NCBI RefSeq assembly: GCF_044704955.1
Contig: NC_091984.1
Span: forward strand, 179,180,001-179,244,000
Origin: Pristiophorus japonicus
Taxonomy: Eukaryota
DNA: 64,000 nucleotides
Reading direction: 5' to 3'
A program made the position numbers and the translations under genes. The first letter of the stretch is position 1; each line of letters starts with the position of its first letter. Under the pieces are notes generated by a model, which worked only from the letters and a program-made list of their open reading frames with translations, ran no database searches and had not been told where the DNA came from. This document shows positions 12,710 through 24,994 of the stretch, in pieces.

Positions 12710-15700
12710 GGGCTAGAACCTCCACTTTTCAGCTTATCGCCCAAATATGGGTGTTATTTTTGGCGTGGGCTGTAAAAAAGGGTTTTCAGATCACCGGCTT
12801 CTCGCCCATTCTCAAAACACCTAGTTTACATTTTTGAAAATGGGCGTTACCGTGAGCGATATCAAATGGGTGGTAGCGCTAAATTTTCTTGATCTTCTGC
12901 CATAAAGTGTGGCTGTCCTTAGCCAAGGCATGACAACGCTCGATTCCCGCGATTCTGGAGGTCAAGATTCACCATGACATGTGCAGAAGAGGAGAGAGAG
13001 AGAGAGGGAGCTCAGAGGGACTGAAGGCGTGGCTGGGTGTGGTGTGGCTGCTTTGGGAGGAAGGAGGGAGACTTTAGAGCTTCACAGCAAGTAGGCAAAC
13101 ACAAAGTAGCTGTTACCAGCCACATATTTGACCGAATCTGCCCTATAATGAAGGGGGAGGAGGAGGTATCACAGCACGCTGTGGAGACTGATGCTGGAGA
13201 GAACAGTGAGGTGGGTGAGGAGGCCACAAAAGAGCCAGGAGGTTCTTGGACGAGGCAAATGATTCCCTCCTGCAGGAAGTCAAGTCACGCTGGGGTGATT
13301 TGACATGCGGAGGGCATGTGAAGCCCAACCTAAAGGCCTACCAGAGGATATGGACCGAGATAGCAGAGGTGGTCTCGTCAGCTATCAACAAGGTGCGTGA
13401 GGGCAACCAATGCCACCAACGATGGAACGACCTTGTGGGATCCGCAAGAGTAAGTATTACATTGATTTACATGTATTTATGTATTTATATAATTTAATTT
13501 GTAACAGTCATGAGTGACTATCAGCAGATGTGAGGTCTTGCACTTTTACTTGGAATGCTTTACTCAAAGCCTGCGGCAACAGTGCACGTCTTCAGGTAAA
13601 GAATGATAATAATCATAATAATCATGATTACATCTGTCACTTGTATCAGAGTCTGTGACAGTACCTAGCAAAGATATCACGCAATGATCTCATGCCATGT
13701 CATCCTGTCACCTTTTACAGAAGAAGCTATCGACGATGAGTTCCATGCAGAGGCAAATGGGTGGGGGGCCACCAGTCCCCAGCGACATCACTGACATGGA
13801 GGAGCGAGTGCTAGCACTCATGGGGACGCATTCCCGGAGAGCCACGGACGCATCTGCAAACCTTGAAATGATGCCGCATGAGTAAAGTTTACACCATTAC
13901 GTGATGTAAAGTGAATAGATGCCGCACCAACTCATATTCGAACAATCTTATATGATAGATGATTTCTGAAAGTGTCATAGAAATAATGCAGGCCAAATGA
14001 AAATCATTGCAATCCACAATGTGTTGATGGTCATGAAATGTGATGTCTGTGATGATTTTGAGAGCGGTGGTACTTTTGTCGTGCATATGCTGTGTGTAGC
14101 CCTGGACTTACCTTGTCACCCTAGCCCCCCTTCTCCTCTAACAACCTCATTTGTATCTTGCAGCTCAGCCAGCAGCACGCTCTGGGATCACTGGAAGGGC
14201 TGTGGCAACAGTGGTCCTGGCTATCGCATCCAGGGACTCCACCATGTGTGGAATGTACTGGGACATGGTGGCCAGCTGTCGGGATATGCCCCCCAAAGCC
14301 TCGATGGCCACAAATGTCTTCAGGCAAGACCACAGAGGCCAGAATTTGGGGGCGCGGGGTAGGAGTCAGCGGACGATCCTACTACATGTGGTGCTGAGGA
14401 ACTCTGATTGTTGCCCGTCAATCCACTGGGTCTGTTCTTGATGGATGAGAGCGCAGACTTTGAAGAACCTGCTTCGTCAAGCTCCATAACACATTCCACC
14501 CCAAGGTCATCTATTGTTTCTCCGGTCATTCCCGCCTCCACCCTGGAGGTGCCAGCCCCAAGCACCTCACCACAGGGCACCCCATTTGTCCCCAGGACGG
14601 CGCCGACCCCGTGGAGGCCTCGTGGACGCGGCAGGTCTGTTCCATGAGCGTGACATGACAGTGGAGAGATGGTTCAGTTGTCCAGGAGGATTGTAAACAT
14701 TTATGACCATCGAGGCTTTGGGGGGCATATCCCGACAGCTGGCCACCGTGTCCCAGTACATTCCACGCATCTGCCTTCATCCCCCTCCCAATGAGGCACC
14801 GCCTGAGGAGCTCCTCAGTCAGGCGCCATGGAGTGAGGGGGGGAAGAGATACAGCTGGGGAGAAGAACGAAAGGGGGGAAGGAAAGTGAGGTGCATATGC
14901 ATAGGTGATGCCTATGTTATATCTCCATCTGGGTGTATGCAATTTGTTGCAATGTATGGGGGCTGGGGACCACGCTACTGCTTTGCCTTTGTATTCTGTG
15001 TTGGTGGACCTGGTGACCATGTGATTTATGTCAATGGTGGAAAAAGTGGGTGTGGGCGGGGGTTGGGTGTTATTGGCTGTGATACTTATGATTTCAGACC
15101 AATATTTGAATTAAACTTTTGTTATTGAACATAACCTTGTTGTGCATTGCCTCAGATAGATGGACCATTGCACACTGGTGATTCCTTACCATGAAATATA
15201 TAAATACAACTTTTAACATCAATCAACATACTCTTTAACTGGCACCAAGCTGATGGGCACCATTGATGTCTGAGCTGCACACACACAGCAGTGTGTCAGC
15301 GTTGTCACTCACATTAGCACTCATTCAGGCAAATCTTTCCGATATCAGCTCCTCACGTAAGAGTGAGATTTTAAAAATGCCAGCCACACTGCTGGCGTCC
15401 GTCCCGGTTACTTCCACTTTTTATGGGCGATTTTTTGAGTGGGCGATATTCTGGGCAATATGTGTGGGAGATAGTGAAATTGATTGTGGGCAATCTCCAT
15501 GACCGCTAGTTTGGGTAAATATGGTCTTTACGACCAAAAACAGTCATCGGGCGTTATTATTGAATCTCGGCTTTAAGTCTGTGAGGAAAGTAACGCTGGG
15601 CGATAATATGGGCATTGAAATCGCACATTCCACTGATTCCACCCAAAAAAGGTGGCTGGATGATAATATTTTTTCTCAGTGTTAAGCCAATTGGGAAAAT

Positions 15701-15847
15701 AATGCTTGGCAATAAATCTCCTAAAAAAGCCTGTCAGTTTCCATTTTCTGCCAAAATGGGCGACATCTTGGCATTATACGTCATTCCAGCTGTTAAATGG
15801 GCATTAAATGGGCGTTAAGCAGGCAAAAAGAGTGGAGGTTCTAGCAC
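12710..15847. mobile_element. Non-autonomous PIF/Harbinger element (Myb/SANT gene retained, transposase deleted)
   Basis: Terminal inverted repeats GGGCTAGAACCTCCAC (12710) and GTGGAGGTTCTAGCAC (to 15847); spliced Myb-like gene on +; only the transposase-like C-terminus LLREELISERFA* remains on - at 15325-15363. Confidence 0.85.
13148..14700 (+). pseudogene. Harbinger Myb/SANT-like DNA-binding protein gene (frameshifted, rearranged)
   Basis: KRARRFLDEANDSLLQEVKSRW..AYQRIWTEIAEVVSS..REGNQCHQRWNDL, GT donor at 13450, AG acceptor at 13720, then KKLS..RQMGGGPP; a further acceptor at 14163. Confidence 0.75.
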
Positions 15848-17190
15848 ATGGTCTTCTATATTTAACAAAAAAGTAATGGTACTAATACTGACCCCTGGAG
15901 GACCCCACTGCATACTTCTCTCCAGTTAAAAATACAACGCTCCACGACTATCCCTCAGACAATTACGTACCCAAGGTACCACCATCCTTTTAATACAATG
16001 TGTTTCTGTTTTCTGAATAACCTGTTACGTGGCACTTTATTAAGTGTCGTTTGAAAGTACATATAAACCACATCTACTAAACTACCTTCATCAACACACT
16101 CTGTTATTCATCAAATAACCCAATCATTTATTTGAGCAAATTCCCTTATTAACCTATGCATCTCCAAGTGAGAATTATTTTTTTTTCTTGACAAAGGTCT
16201 CTAGTAGTTTTCCCACCATGACATTAGATTGATTGAACTCTCTCCCCTTTTGTGAGCTGGGGTGTAACGTTTGCAGTCCATCAGTCCTCTGCCACCACTC
16301 CCACATTCAAGGAGGATTGAAAGATTATGGTCAGAGCTTCTGCTATTTCCATGCTCACTTCTTTCCGCAACCTAAGATGCATCCAATCTCGACTGGGTGA
16401 CTTGTTAACTTTGAATAATATCAACCTATTTAGCACCTCCTTTCTATCTATTTTTGTACTCTCCAATATCTCTACTCTCCCTCCTCTACTGCAAAACGAA
16501 TGTCATCATCATCTTTTGTGAAGACAGATGCAAAGTACTCATTGTGTACCTCAGTTGTGTCCTCTGCCTCCACAAAAAGATTCCCTTTTTGTTTCTAATC
16601 GGCCCCGCCATTCTGTTAACGTTTCTTTTTTTTATATGTTTATAATTTTGGTGTTCCCTTTTAAGTTGTCTGCTAATTTTTTCTGATATTGTGTCTTTGT
16701 CCTTCTTATCTCCCTTTTCAATTTCCGCCTGCACTCTCTGTATTCTACCTGGTTTCCGAGTTTATTGTGTGCTGATATTTGTCACAACGGTCTTTTTATG
16801 TTTAATTTCAGTATCTTTTTTCTTTATCATCCATGGAGTTCTAGCTTTGGATGCTCCATCTTTCATCTTTATGTTAATATGCTTGGGTTGGACCCAAAGT
16901 ATCTCCGCCTTGAAGGCACGCCATTGCTCATTTAGTGATTTCCTTTCCAATATTTGTTACTAGTCCACCTGTGCTAGATCCCTTCTCAAATCACTGAAAC
17001 CATCTCTCTTCCAGTTGGGCATTTTCACTGTTGATTTTTATTTGGCCGTTTGCATAACTACTTTAAAAGTAATAATATTGTGGCCGTTATTACCCGGATG
17101 TTGCCCCACTGCAACAGATTCCAGTTGTCCTACTTTATTCCCCAGAACTAGATCCCGCACTGCTTCCTTCCTCTTTGGTTTAGAAACATA
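15848..17190 (-). mobile_element. Old CR1 fragment (continuation of 11770-12706)
   Basis: KVNKSP..WMHLRLRKEVSMEIAEALTIIFQSSL and EQWRAFK motifs. Confidence 0.7.
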
Positions 17191-17199
17191 CTGCTTATG

Positions 17200-18260
17200 T
17201 ATGCTGTGAAAGAGCTATCCAATTAGTCCCACTCCTGCGCCCCTGCACTTCCCCTTTAGCCTTACAAACTAGTATTTTTGAATATATATTTTATACCCTT
17301 TTGAAAGTTATTTTTGAACATGCTCCCACCACCCTGTCAGGCATTGCATTCCACATCCTAACAACTGGTTAAAATATATCCTTACCTCCCCTCTGTTTCT
17401 TTAACCAATTATCATAAATCTGTGTCCTCTGGTTACCTGTCAGTGGAACCAGTTTCCTCGTTTTTAGTCTATCAACCACCCTCATGATTGTAATCGCCTC
17501 TATTAAATCCACCCATAACATTCTCTGCTGTAAGGAGAACAATCCCAGCATTCTCCAAGGATGAATTCCCTCACCCTTGGTACCATTATGGTAAATCTCC
17601 TATAAAGGGCCTTGAGATTCTCCATAAAGTGTGGTGCCCAGAATTGAAAGCAATACTCCAGCTGAGTTACAAAGGCTCACTGTATCTTCCTTATTTTTGT
17701 ACTCTATTCCACTATTTATAAAGCCAGGGATCCTATATGCTTTTTAACACCCTGATTAGCTTGTCTAGCCACATTCGAAGATTTATGTATGGAAACCCTC
17801 CGTCTCTGTTGCTGCATCATTTACATTGCTTCTCTTCGATTTTCGTTTCGAAATAAATCACCACACTTCTTGCATTAAATTTAATCTCTAATTTTACGAG
17901 TCTATCTATGGCCTCCTGATATCCTGCTGCTATCCTCCTCACTGCTTATTACATTTCCAAGACTTTTTCAGCTTCAAACTTTGAATTTATGCCTGGTATA
18001 CCCAAGTCCAGGCCAATAATGGATATCAAAAAGAGCATTGGTTCTAATACCGACCCTTGGTTGACGCCACATTATAATTCCCTCCAGTCTGAAAATCAAC
18101 CGTTTACCAGTACTCTCTGCTTTATGTGTCTCAGCCAATTTCGTATCCACGATGCCACGCGCCTTTAATTCCACGAGCTTTAATTTTGATAACGAGTCCA
18201 ATATGTGGCAATTTTGCAAACGAGATTTTAAAGTTCAAACACAATATCAACCGCACTAGC
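17200..18260 (-). mobile_element. Old CR1 RT/3' fragment
   Basis: LGLFSLQQRML..DLIEA..IMR and decayed RT motifs. Confidence 0.65.
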
Positions 18261-18649
18261 CCCAGTCTGATCAGTATTAATTCTCAGCAATTACGGTAAC
18301 ATAACATACGTGATTTTTTTTACTGAGATCAGTCTGAGAACACTAAAAACATACAGAGATTGTAGTTGGTGCAAAAGGGAATTTTAAAAGTAAGACTATT
18401 TGCTGGACTGGTTTCAGTACAAACTACTAGAGAAAACTCGATTACATCCGGCCTGAGTTGCTGCTCGGAGCACCTGCTTCGGTGTTAACAATGGCTGAAC
18501 AAAATTAAAAGGAATCGGTCTGTATTGAAAAACTAAACTCTCATAAAGCCGGAATTCGCAACACAGAACTACCTGGGCACTCACAAACGTGGTGATCGTC
18601 TTTTGGCCCTGAAGTTATGTCATCAGAAAATTTAGTAAAATTTACACTA

Positions 18650-20400
18650 TGTTCTTTCAACAATTGTCAGCAACACACGGACCACTCTGGTGAGCCCCCC
18701 TCCTACGTTTCTGGCATAAACGATAGGCGCGGGAATCTGAAGTACAATTTCAATATTTTCGGAAAACACCGAATTGGGGGATATAGTTAATACTGAAGAA
18801 AACTTCAACAACATACAAGAAGGCGTTAATAAACTTGCAGAATGCGCATGTTACAGATGAAGGAATTCAAATATAGATACGTCTGAGGTGGTGCCTTTTG
18901 TAGGAGAAATAAGGAGGCCACACGATTCTTGGAAAATAAGAGTCTAAATGGGGTAAAGGGACAAGGGACCTAGCGGTACATATTCACACATCAATAATTG
19001 TAAGTAAACAAGGTCATAAAAATTCAAATTATTTACTGGGATTCATTTTTAGAGGAATATAATCGAAAGCAGGGACTTTATGTTAAACGTACAGAATCAT
19101 GCTTAGACCGCATTAAAGAGTGCCGTTCTGGTCTCCATCTTACAAAAAGGATATATAGGCACTGGCAATGGAGCAAAGAAAAGATTTATGATAATGATAC
19201 AAGAACTGAGAGCTTATATTATCAGGAAAGACTGAACAACGAGGGGCTCTTTTCTGTTGAAAGGAAAAGGCTGAGGAATAACGTAAAACAAGGGTGTTTG
19301 ATGGGGTAGATTTAGAGAAGACGTTTCCACTTGTGGGCGATTCCAAAGTTAGGGGCCATAAGAACATAACAACATAAGAAATAGGAGCAGGAGAAGGCAA
19401 TACGGCCCCTCGAGCCTGCTCCGCCATTTAATATGAGCATGGCTGATCCGATCATGGACTCAGGTCCACTTCCCTGCCCACTCCCCATAACCCCTTATTC
19501 CCTTATTGTTTAAGAAATTGTCTATTTCTGTCTTAAGGTTATTCAATGTTCCAGCTTCCACAGCTCTCTGAGGCAGCGAATTCCACAGATCCACAACCCT
19601 CTGAGAGAAGAAAGTTTTCCTCGTCTCAGTTTTAAATGTGCGGCCCCTTATTCTAAGATTATGCCCTCTAGTTCTAGTCTCACCTATCAGTGGAAACATT
19701 CTCACTGCATCCATCTTGTGAAGCCCCCTCATAATCTTACACGTTTCGATAAGATCACCACTCATTCTTCTGAATTCCAATGAGTAGAGGCCCAACTTAC
19801 TCAACCTTTCCTCATAAGTCAACACCCTCATCTCTGGAATCAACCTGGTGAACCTTCTCTGAACAGTCTCCAAAGCAAGTATATCCTTTCGTAAATATGG
19901 AAACCAAAACTGCATGCAGTATTCCAGGTGTGGCCTCACCAATATCCTGTACAACTGTAGCAAAACTTCCCTGTTTTTATACTATATCCCCTTTGCAATA
20001 AAGGCCAAGATTCCATTGGCCTTGCTGGACACTTGTTGTACCTACATACTAACCTTTTGTGTTTCATGTACAAGTACCCCCCAGGTCCCGCTGTACTGCA
20101 GCACTTTGCAATCTTTCTCCGTTTAAATAATAACTTGCGATGTTGATAAATATGACAGTAACGCATAAATCCAACAAGGAATTCAGGGGAAACATCCTTA
20201 CCCAGAGTATGGTTAGAATATGGAACGTTGTACAACATGGAGTCGTTGTGGCGAATAGCACAGTTGCTTTTGAGAGAAAGCTAAATAAGTGCATGGATAG
20301 GGAAAATGGATTGCATGAAGTAGGGTGGGAGGAGGCCGGTGTCGAATATAAACACCGGCACAGACCAGTTGGGCCGAATTTCTGTGCTGTGATTTCTGTG
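18650..20400. mobile_element. Old + strand CR1 fragment with a nested younger - strand CR1 3' end (19360-20135)
   Basis: ORF 19460-19963 LQLYRILVRPHLEYC..FFSQRVVDLWNSLP; reverse tail cataagaacataacaacataagaa at 19358; host sequence resumes at ~20140. Confidence 0.8.
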
Positions 20401-20653
20401 TAATTCAATGAATTTAACCAAATCTGTTAAAAAAAATTGTAAGATTTATTTCCCGAAATGTCAAACTAATATTCATCCATCGTGTCTCTGAACTCACGAT
20501 TCCGGCTGATATCAAGGACTCTCCATACAATGTGACAAATGTCCCAATAGAAAAAAACCGCACTATTTAGTCAAATTTAGAAAGTGGCTATGGATTGGTG
20601 CAGAGATATCGAACAAAAAAGACTGACAACACCTGAGATAATGGAAGAGCCCT

Positions 20654-20659
20654 TTTATT
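20654..20659 (-). terminator. Putative polyadenylation signal (AATAAA) of IgL cluster 1
   Basis: AATAAA on - strand ~190 nt after the stop; present at the homologous position in cluster 2 (45226-45231). Confidence 0.6.
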
Positions 20660-20849
20660 ACCATTCGGTTTTTGTAACGTTGCACTGAAGCTTCGATCAA
20701 TTCCGGGTGTAACATAGAGATAGTGGAATGCAGCGGACAAACTGCACATCTGTTCCACTTAAAATCAAACATGTAATATATGATAACGGAATTTATATTT
20801 AAAGGCAATGTACTAATGGTATTACAGATCTGCACAAACGATTCTTTAA

Positions 20850-21172
20850 TCAGATACAGCTGGATCTGGCGATACTTGATTGAAGCGGGTTTGCTTGAGA
20901 CTCGTGTTTAACCACACAGGAGTAAAGCTCGTGTGAGTTCCATTCTGAGGCTGGCAGAGTCAGATAACTGCTCACACTGAAGGTGTTGTCCGTCTCCTGC
21001 TGGATCCGACTGGTATCAACACCATTCCCTCTCATACTGCCGTCTACAGTCCATTCAATCTCCACAACGCCCGGGTTAAAACCGTTTACCAAACACACCA
21101 GGGTCGCCGTTTTCTTTGCTGCGATTTGATCCGATGAAGGCGGAAGGACGGACACTGAGGGGGGCCGCGGAT
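20850..21172 (-). CDS. IGL: Ig light chain (type II/lambda) constant exon, cluster 1, intact
   Basis: CAG acceptor 21175-21173; (N)PRPPSVSVLPPSSDQIAAKKTATLVCLVNGFNPGVVEIEWTVDG..FSVSSYLTLPASEWNSHELYSCVVKHESQANPLQSSIARSSCI*; both C1-set Cys, the Trp and the penultimate interchain Cys are present. Confidence 0.97.
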
Positions 21173-23584
21173 CTGGAATTTAGAAAACAAATGTAAGAGT
21201 GAGCGAAGATTCACTTCGTCGCAAATAAGCCGTCGAAAGTCTTACTTTTTCGTAATCTTTTAACATTCAGTTGTTGCACAAACGTGTTAGCAATACATTA
21301 CAATGGAAACTTAACAGCGTTCATTAAATAGTTATAGGACCCGAAATTTCGAAAATTAAAGTATAACCTTAGAAAATAGCTGCAAGGAAATAACTGAAAA
21401 TAAAATATTTTCTTTGCAGAAAGACAGTACTGGCTTATTCCAAACATTTTCGCGCGTTTCAACGGTGTTTCTGAAAGGTTTTTTTGTGACTATTGCACCA
21501 TCGCTTTGTCCAGCTCAATACTTTGAATTGTGCTAAAATAAGCCGTGGAAGGTAATTACGAGAGATTGACTGCTGGTGGCCGCAGCCATTTCACAGCCGC
21601 GTCTCTCAGGGACGGGTATAATTTCGAGGCACAATAATATAATAAATACCCAGCTGTACATATTTTATGAAGTGTATATTCTAATTGTCCCATTAGCAGA
21701 ATTCCGATAGGTTTCTTCGCATCTCTTGCCGTAATTTCATCAGAAGATCGGCGAAGCAGCATAGTCATTTTAAATTATTTTTCTGGGGGTTTCGCAGAGC
21801 TGCCAGCCGTTATGGCGGAGAACCTCCACGGAAATTATACCTGTAAACCTGTAAAATTGAGGATTAAAACCGCTGATTTTTTATGAAAATCTAGAATTTA
21901 TTCGGACTCAATAATATTGAAAAGAGCAAAAAAAAATCACTGGGCGCAAGTTATCACTGGACTCAGAATCTAGGCTCAATCGTAAATTTCTAGACATTAC
22001 ATTACAGAAGGATGCCATTCGCCCAACTGCTATTGTATGAATACTAGATCTTCAGCTACATCAATTCATTATAATCCAGATGTTCTCATTATTCCACAAG
22101 CCATGGATTTATTTGGAAAAGTAACAGTGGATGATCGTTTAGTCAGATTCAATCCTGACTATTCCCACAAACATATGAGCCTTTTTAATTAATTACCGGT
22201 CTAGATTGTTTGCCTTTGTGAGCAATTTTCACAATATTCCTGAAGCAATTTGTAAATCTTTCACTAATATTTTATGGCCGAAATTATTATTGTCCCTGGG
22301 CGCTCTGTTTGAGCAGCCTTTTCTGTGAGGTTTCTGCCCTGGCTGACTGACTAATCGGTGTAAGAATTTTAAATCACTGCCAGAATAAGATCCCGTGCTC
22401 AGAATATGGTAATCGGTGGCATCCCCGGCGTCAACGGGTTACACATTGTATTTCGCTAATATTTAAAGCAGTTTACAACAAAACTAAATAAGAATCGTTA
22501 TGGTAACTGAATTACTAAGATTATGATTTCCCAACAACATTAAAAACAATCACAATAATAAGCTGAATCATATTTAAAATAAATCTTCCTATGATACTAA
22601 ATCTAAAATATAATCGATGTCCAAAAATGAAGACAAACTGCCACAAAGATCAGCTCTATAATCACCAGCTGTATTAACATGTAACACAAACCATAAAAGC
22701 TGTGACCAAGCATTGAAATAATAATAAAAATATGGTTATTGTAATTAAAAGCACATAATAGACGAAGCATTAACGCTTTGAGTAGTTCACTGAAATATAT
22801 GCCTCGCGCTCTCTGGAATTAGATGCTATTTTCACATTGCAGTTTTATATTCACTGTCTGATCGGCACCAATAGCTATTTAGAAAGATTCATTTTCACAG
22901 CGGTGGACCTTCAGACAGACTATCAACGCGATACAACAGACAACATTTACTGCGTTGGTATTATTATCGACATCACCAATACCAGCTTGCCAAAGTGAGA
23001 AGAAAAATTGGTTCCAAATCTTGTATATCGCCTACGAGACCTGCAACTTGATGCGTCCCCCTTGCATTATAAAGTATACGCTAAAATTACAAGAGTTTTA
23101 GAGAAGTGCCAGCGTGGTATAAAGACCAGGCAATATCTGAGATTCAGTAACATTGATACAAGGAACAGTTTGGCACAGAAATCCCTGCAATCCCGTAGGT
23201 ATATTTAGCCGATTCTGCTAGCAGTTCATAAATAGTATTAACGCATTGAGTTCGAAACTGAAACCACCTCATTCTATTTGCACTATAATTAACTTTAATT
23301 TGCACTAGATTTAATGATGGGATCGTTGAAAATATGAAAGCGGCGTCTCTGCTTTATTCCCCGCACTCTAACCGATTGGGTCATAATGTAGCAGAACAAC
23401 TAAGTTAAAATGCCGACAGAATATCTGCAGTTATCTATATTATTATCTTCCCTATCCCGTACATTACAGCAGGGTAAGTGGAATAGCAGAATAAAATATA
23501 TACAAGAACAAGCACAGAGATCTGGAAACGTATTTCCAAGCATTATTTAAAAAAAAGGATCGGATTTGAAGGAATGGAAAAAGG

Positions 23585-23730
23585 TGAACGTTTCATATAT
23601 ATAACCCTTCATCTGAACCCTGAAACGTTAGCCTTTTTTCTCTTTCTCTGCAGACGCTGCCGGACCTGCTGGATATGTCCAGCATTTTCTGTTGTTATTT
23701 CATATTTCGAGCATCTACTGTATTTTACAT
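23585..23730. mobile_element. Penelope-derived short repeat fragment in the J-C intron
   Basis: aacgtttca..cccttcatc and cctgaaacgtt..ctgccggacctgctgg..cagcattttctg match the 43840-43975 repeat, in both orientations. Confidence 0.55.
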
Positions 23731-24387
23731 TTCGGATTTGAATCTAAATCTTTGTGTGCGATTACAATATAAGCACTTTGTCGACTACTGTGGGTTACTA
23801 CACTACATATATAATTGATATGTATTATAATTGCTAGTTAAAACGGATGCAAGTGCATGATTACCATCATGGATTAATGTGAATTACAGGGCTGAGAATC
23901 TTGTACTGGGCGTCACCGCTTAATTTAGAGACTAATTGACGAACGTGTTTTGGAGGTAATCTGTCCGAGTGAATTGTGCCTCAGTTGTAGAACCGGCCCG
24001 ATTTTAATCCCATTGATTCAATTGGGATTGTTCACTTTTTATTTTAACCCCTCTCAAAGATTGATAAAGCTGAAGCTGTAGACTATGGGGTAAGTCAATC
24101 CGGGCGGAAAGTCTGGTACGCTTCTCTTTGTGTCTGGATCTTTCTTAAATACCAACTTACGTTGATTTGCATAGACTTAACCTGACCTAATTTACCAAAA
24201 AGTATTATTTTCATGTTTCCTTTCGTATAAATAATTCGACGAACATTTTGGAAATATAACAGAATGCACAGACTTGGACAATAATGTTCTTACTTTGGAA
24301 AGACGTCCTAATAAAACGACATTGAAAGAAGAACCGAAAACGGGTAATCGAAAATCACACATTGTACATTGTGAATAATTTACTTAC

Positions 24388-24717
24388 TGCTCAGACTCAG
24401 CTTGGTTCCTTTACCGAAGGTACGCCCTGCGAAACAATAATAATCAGCGGCGTCCACGGACTGCACGTTTGTGATGGTTAAATGAATCTTGTTACTCGAT
24501 GAGTCCACAGAACCCAGGAATCGATCGGGAATATCCGAAGATTTACCATCTTTCTCACTCCAAACAAGCACAGGAGTACTGCCAGGTTTCTGCCAGTACC
24601 AGCTCGTGTACCAGCTAGCGACTTTGTCTCCGGACATGGTACAGGTGATCTTGACGGTTTCTCCCGGGGAGGTTGAGAAGGACGGTTGCTGTGTCAGGAC
24701 GATATCCGCGTTTATAC
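24388..24717 (-). CDS. IGL: Germline-joined VJ exon, Ig lambda (type II), cluster 1, intact
   Basis: CAG acceptor 24720-24718; (S)INADIVLTQQPSFSTSPGETVKITCTMSGDKVASWYTSWYWQKPGSTPVLVWSEKDGKSSDIPDRFLGSVDSSSNKIHLTITNVQSVDAADYYCFAGRTFGKGTKLSLS then GTAAGT donor; no RSS between V and J; phase-1 junctions give an open L-VJ-C mRNA. Confidence 0.97.
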
Positions 24718-24851
24718 CTGGTAAAATAAAAGTTTTTTTTGTTCAATCACACTCTATGTAACTGTGAGAAGTGATTGCAATTCGGATCCCCCCAACTCAA
24801 GTGCAACATTGGAAGCAGAAATATTGACGGTTAGCAGGGTCCTGCACTTAC

Positions 24852-24900
24852 TATAGAGGCAGAGCACTAGCACGACGAGAACTCCAACCCACGCTGTCAT
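24852..24900 (-). CDS. IGL: Ig light chain leader exon, cluster 1
   Basis: ATG at 24900; MTAWVGVLVVLVLCLY + 1 nt then GTAAGT; 134-bp intron. Confidence 0.93.
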
Positions 24901-24994
24901 TGTGGAGATGTTGCCGAAGATCAGAAACAAAATGTTTCCTGACTGCGACCTGCTTCGGGCTCTTTCTGTACCTCGCTTTAAGAAGTTTCGGACA

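Noticed and set aside
12710-15847. TIR element as a RAG/Transib-like transposon linked to germline joining
   Set aside because: The TIRs are not RSS-like (no CACAGTG), and the coding remnants are Harbinger Myb and transposase, not RAG1/2.
24350-24440. RSS-like CAC motifs near the J ends (cacacattg here; cacactg at ~48876)
   Set aside because: They lie in the J-C intron, not between V and J, and I found no nonamer at 12- or 23-bp spacing.
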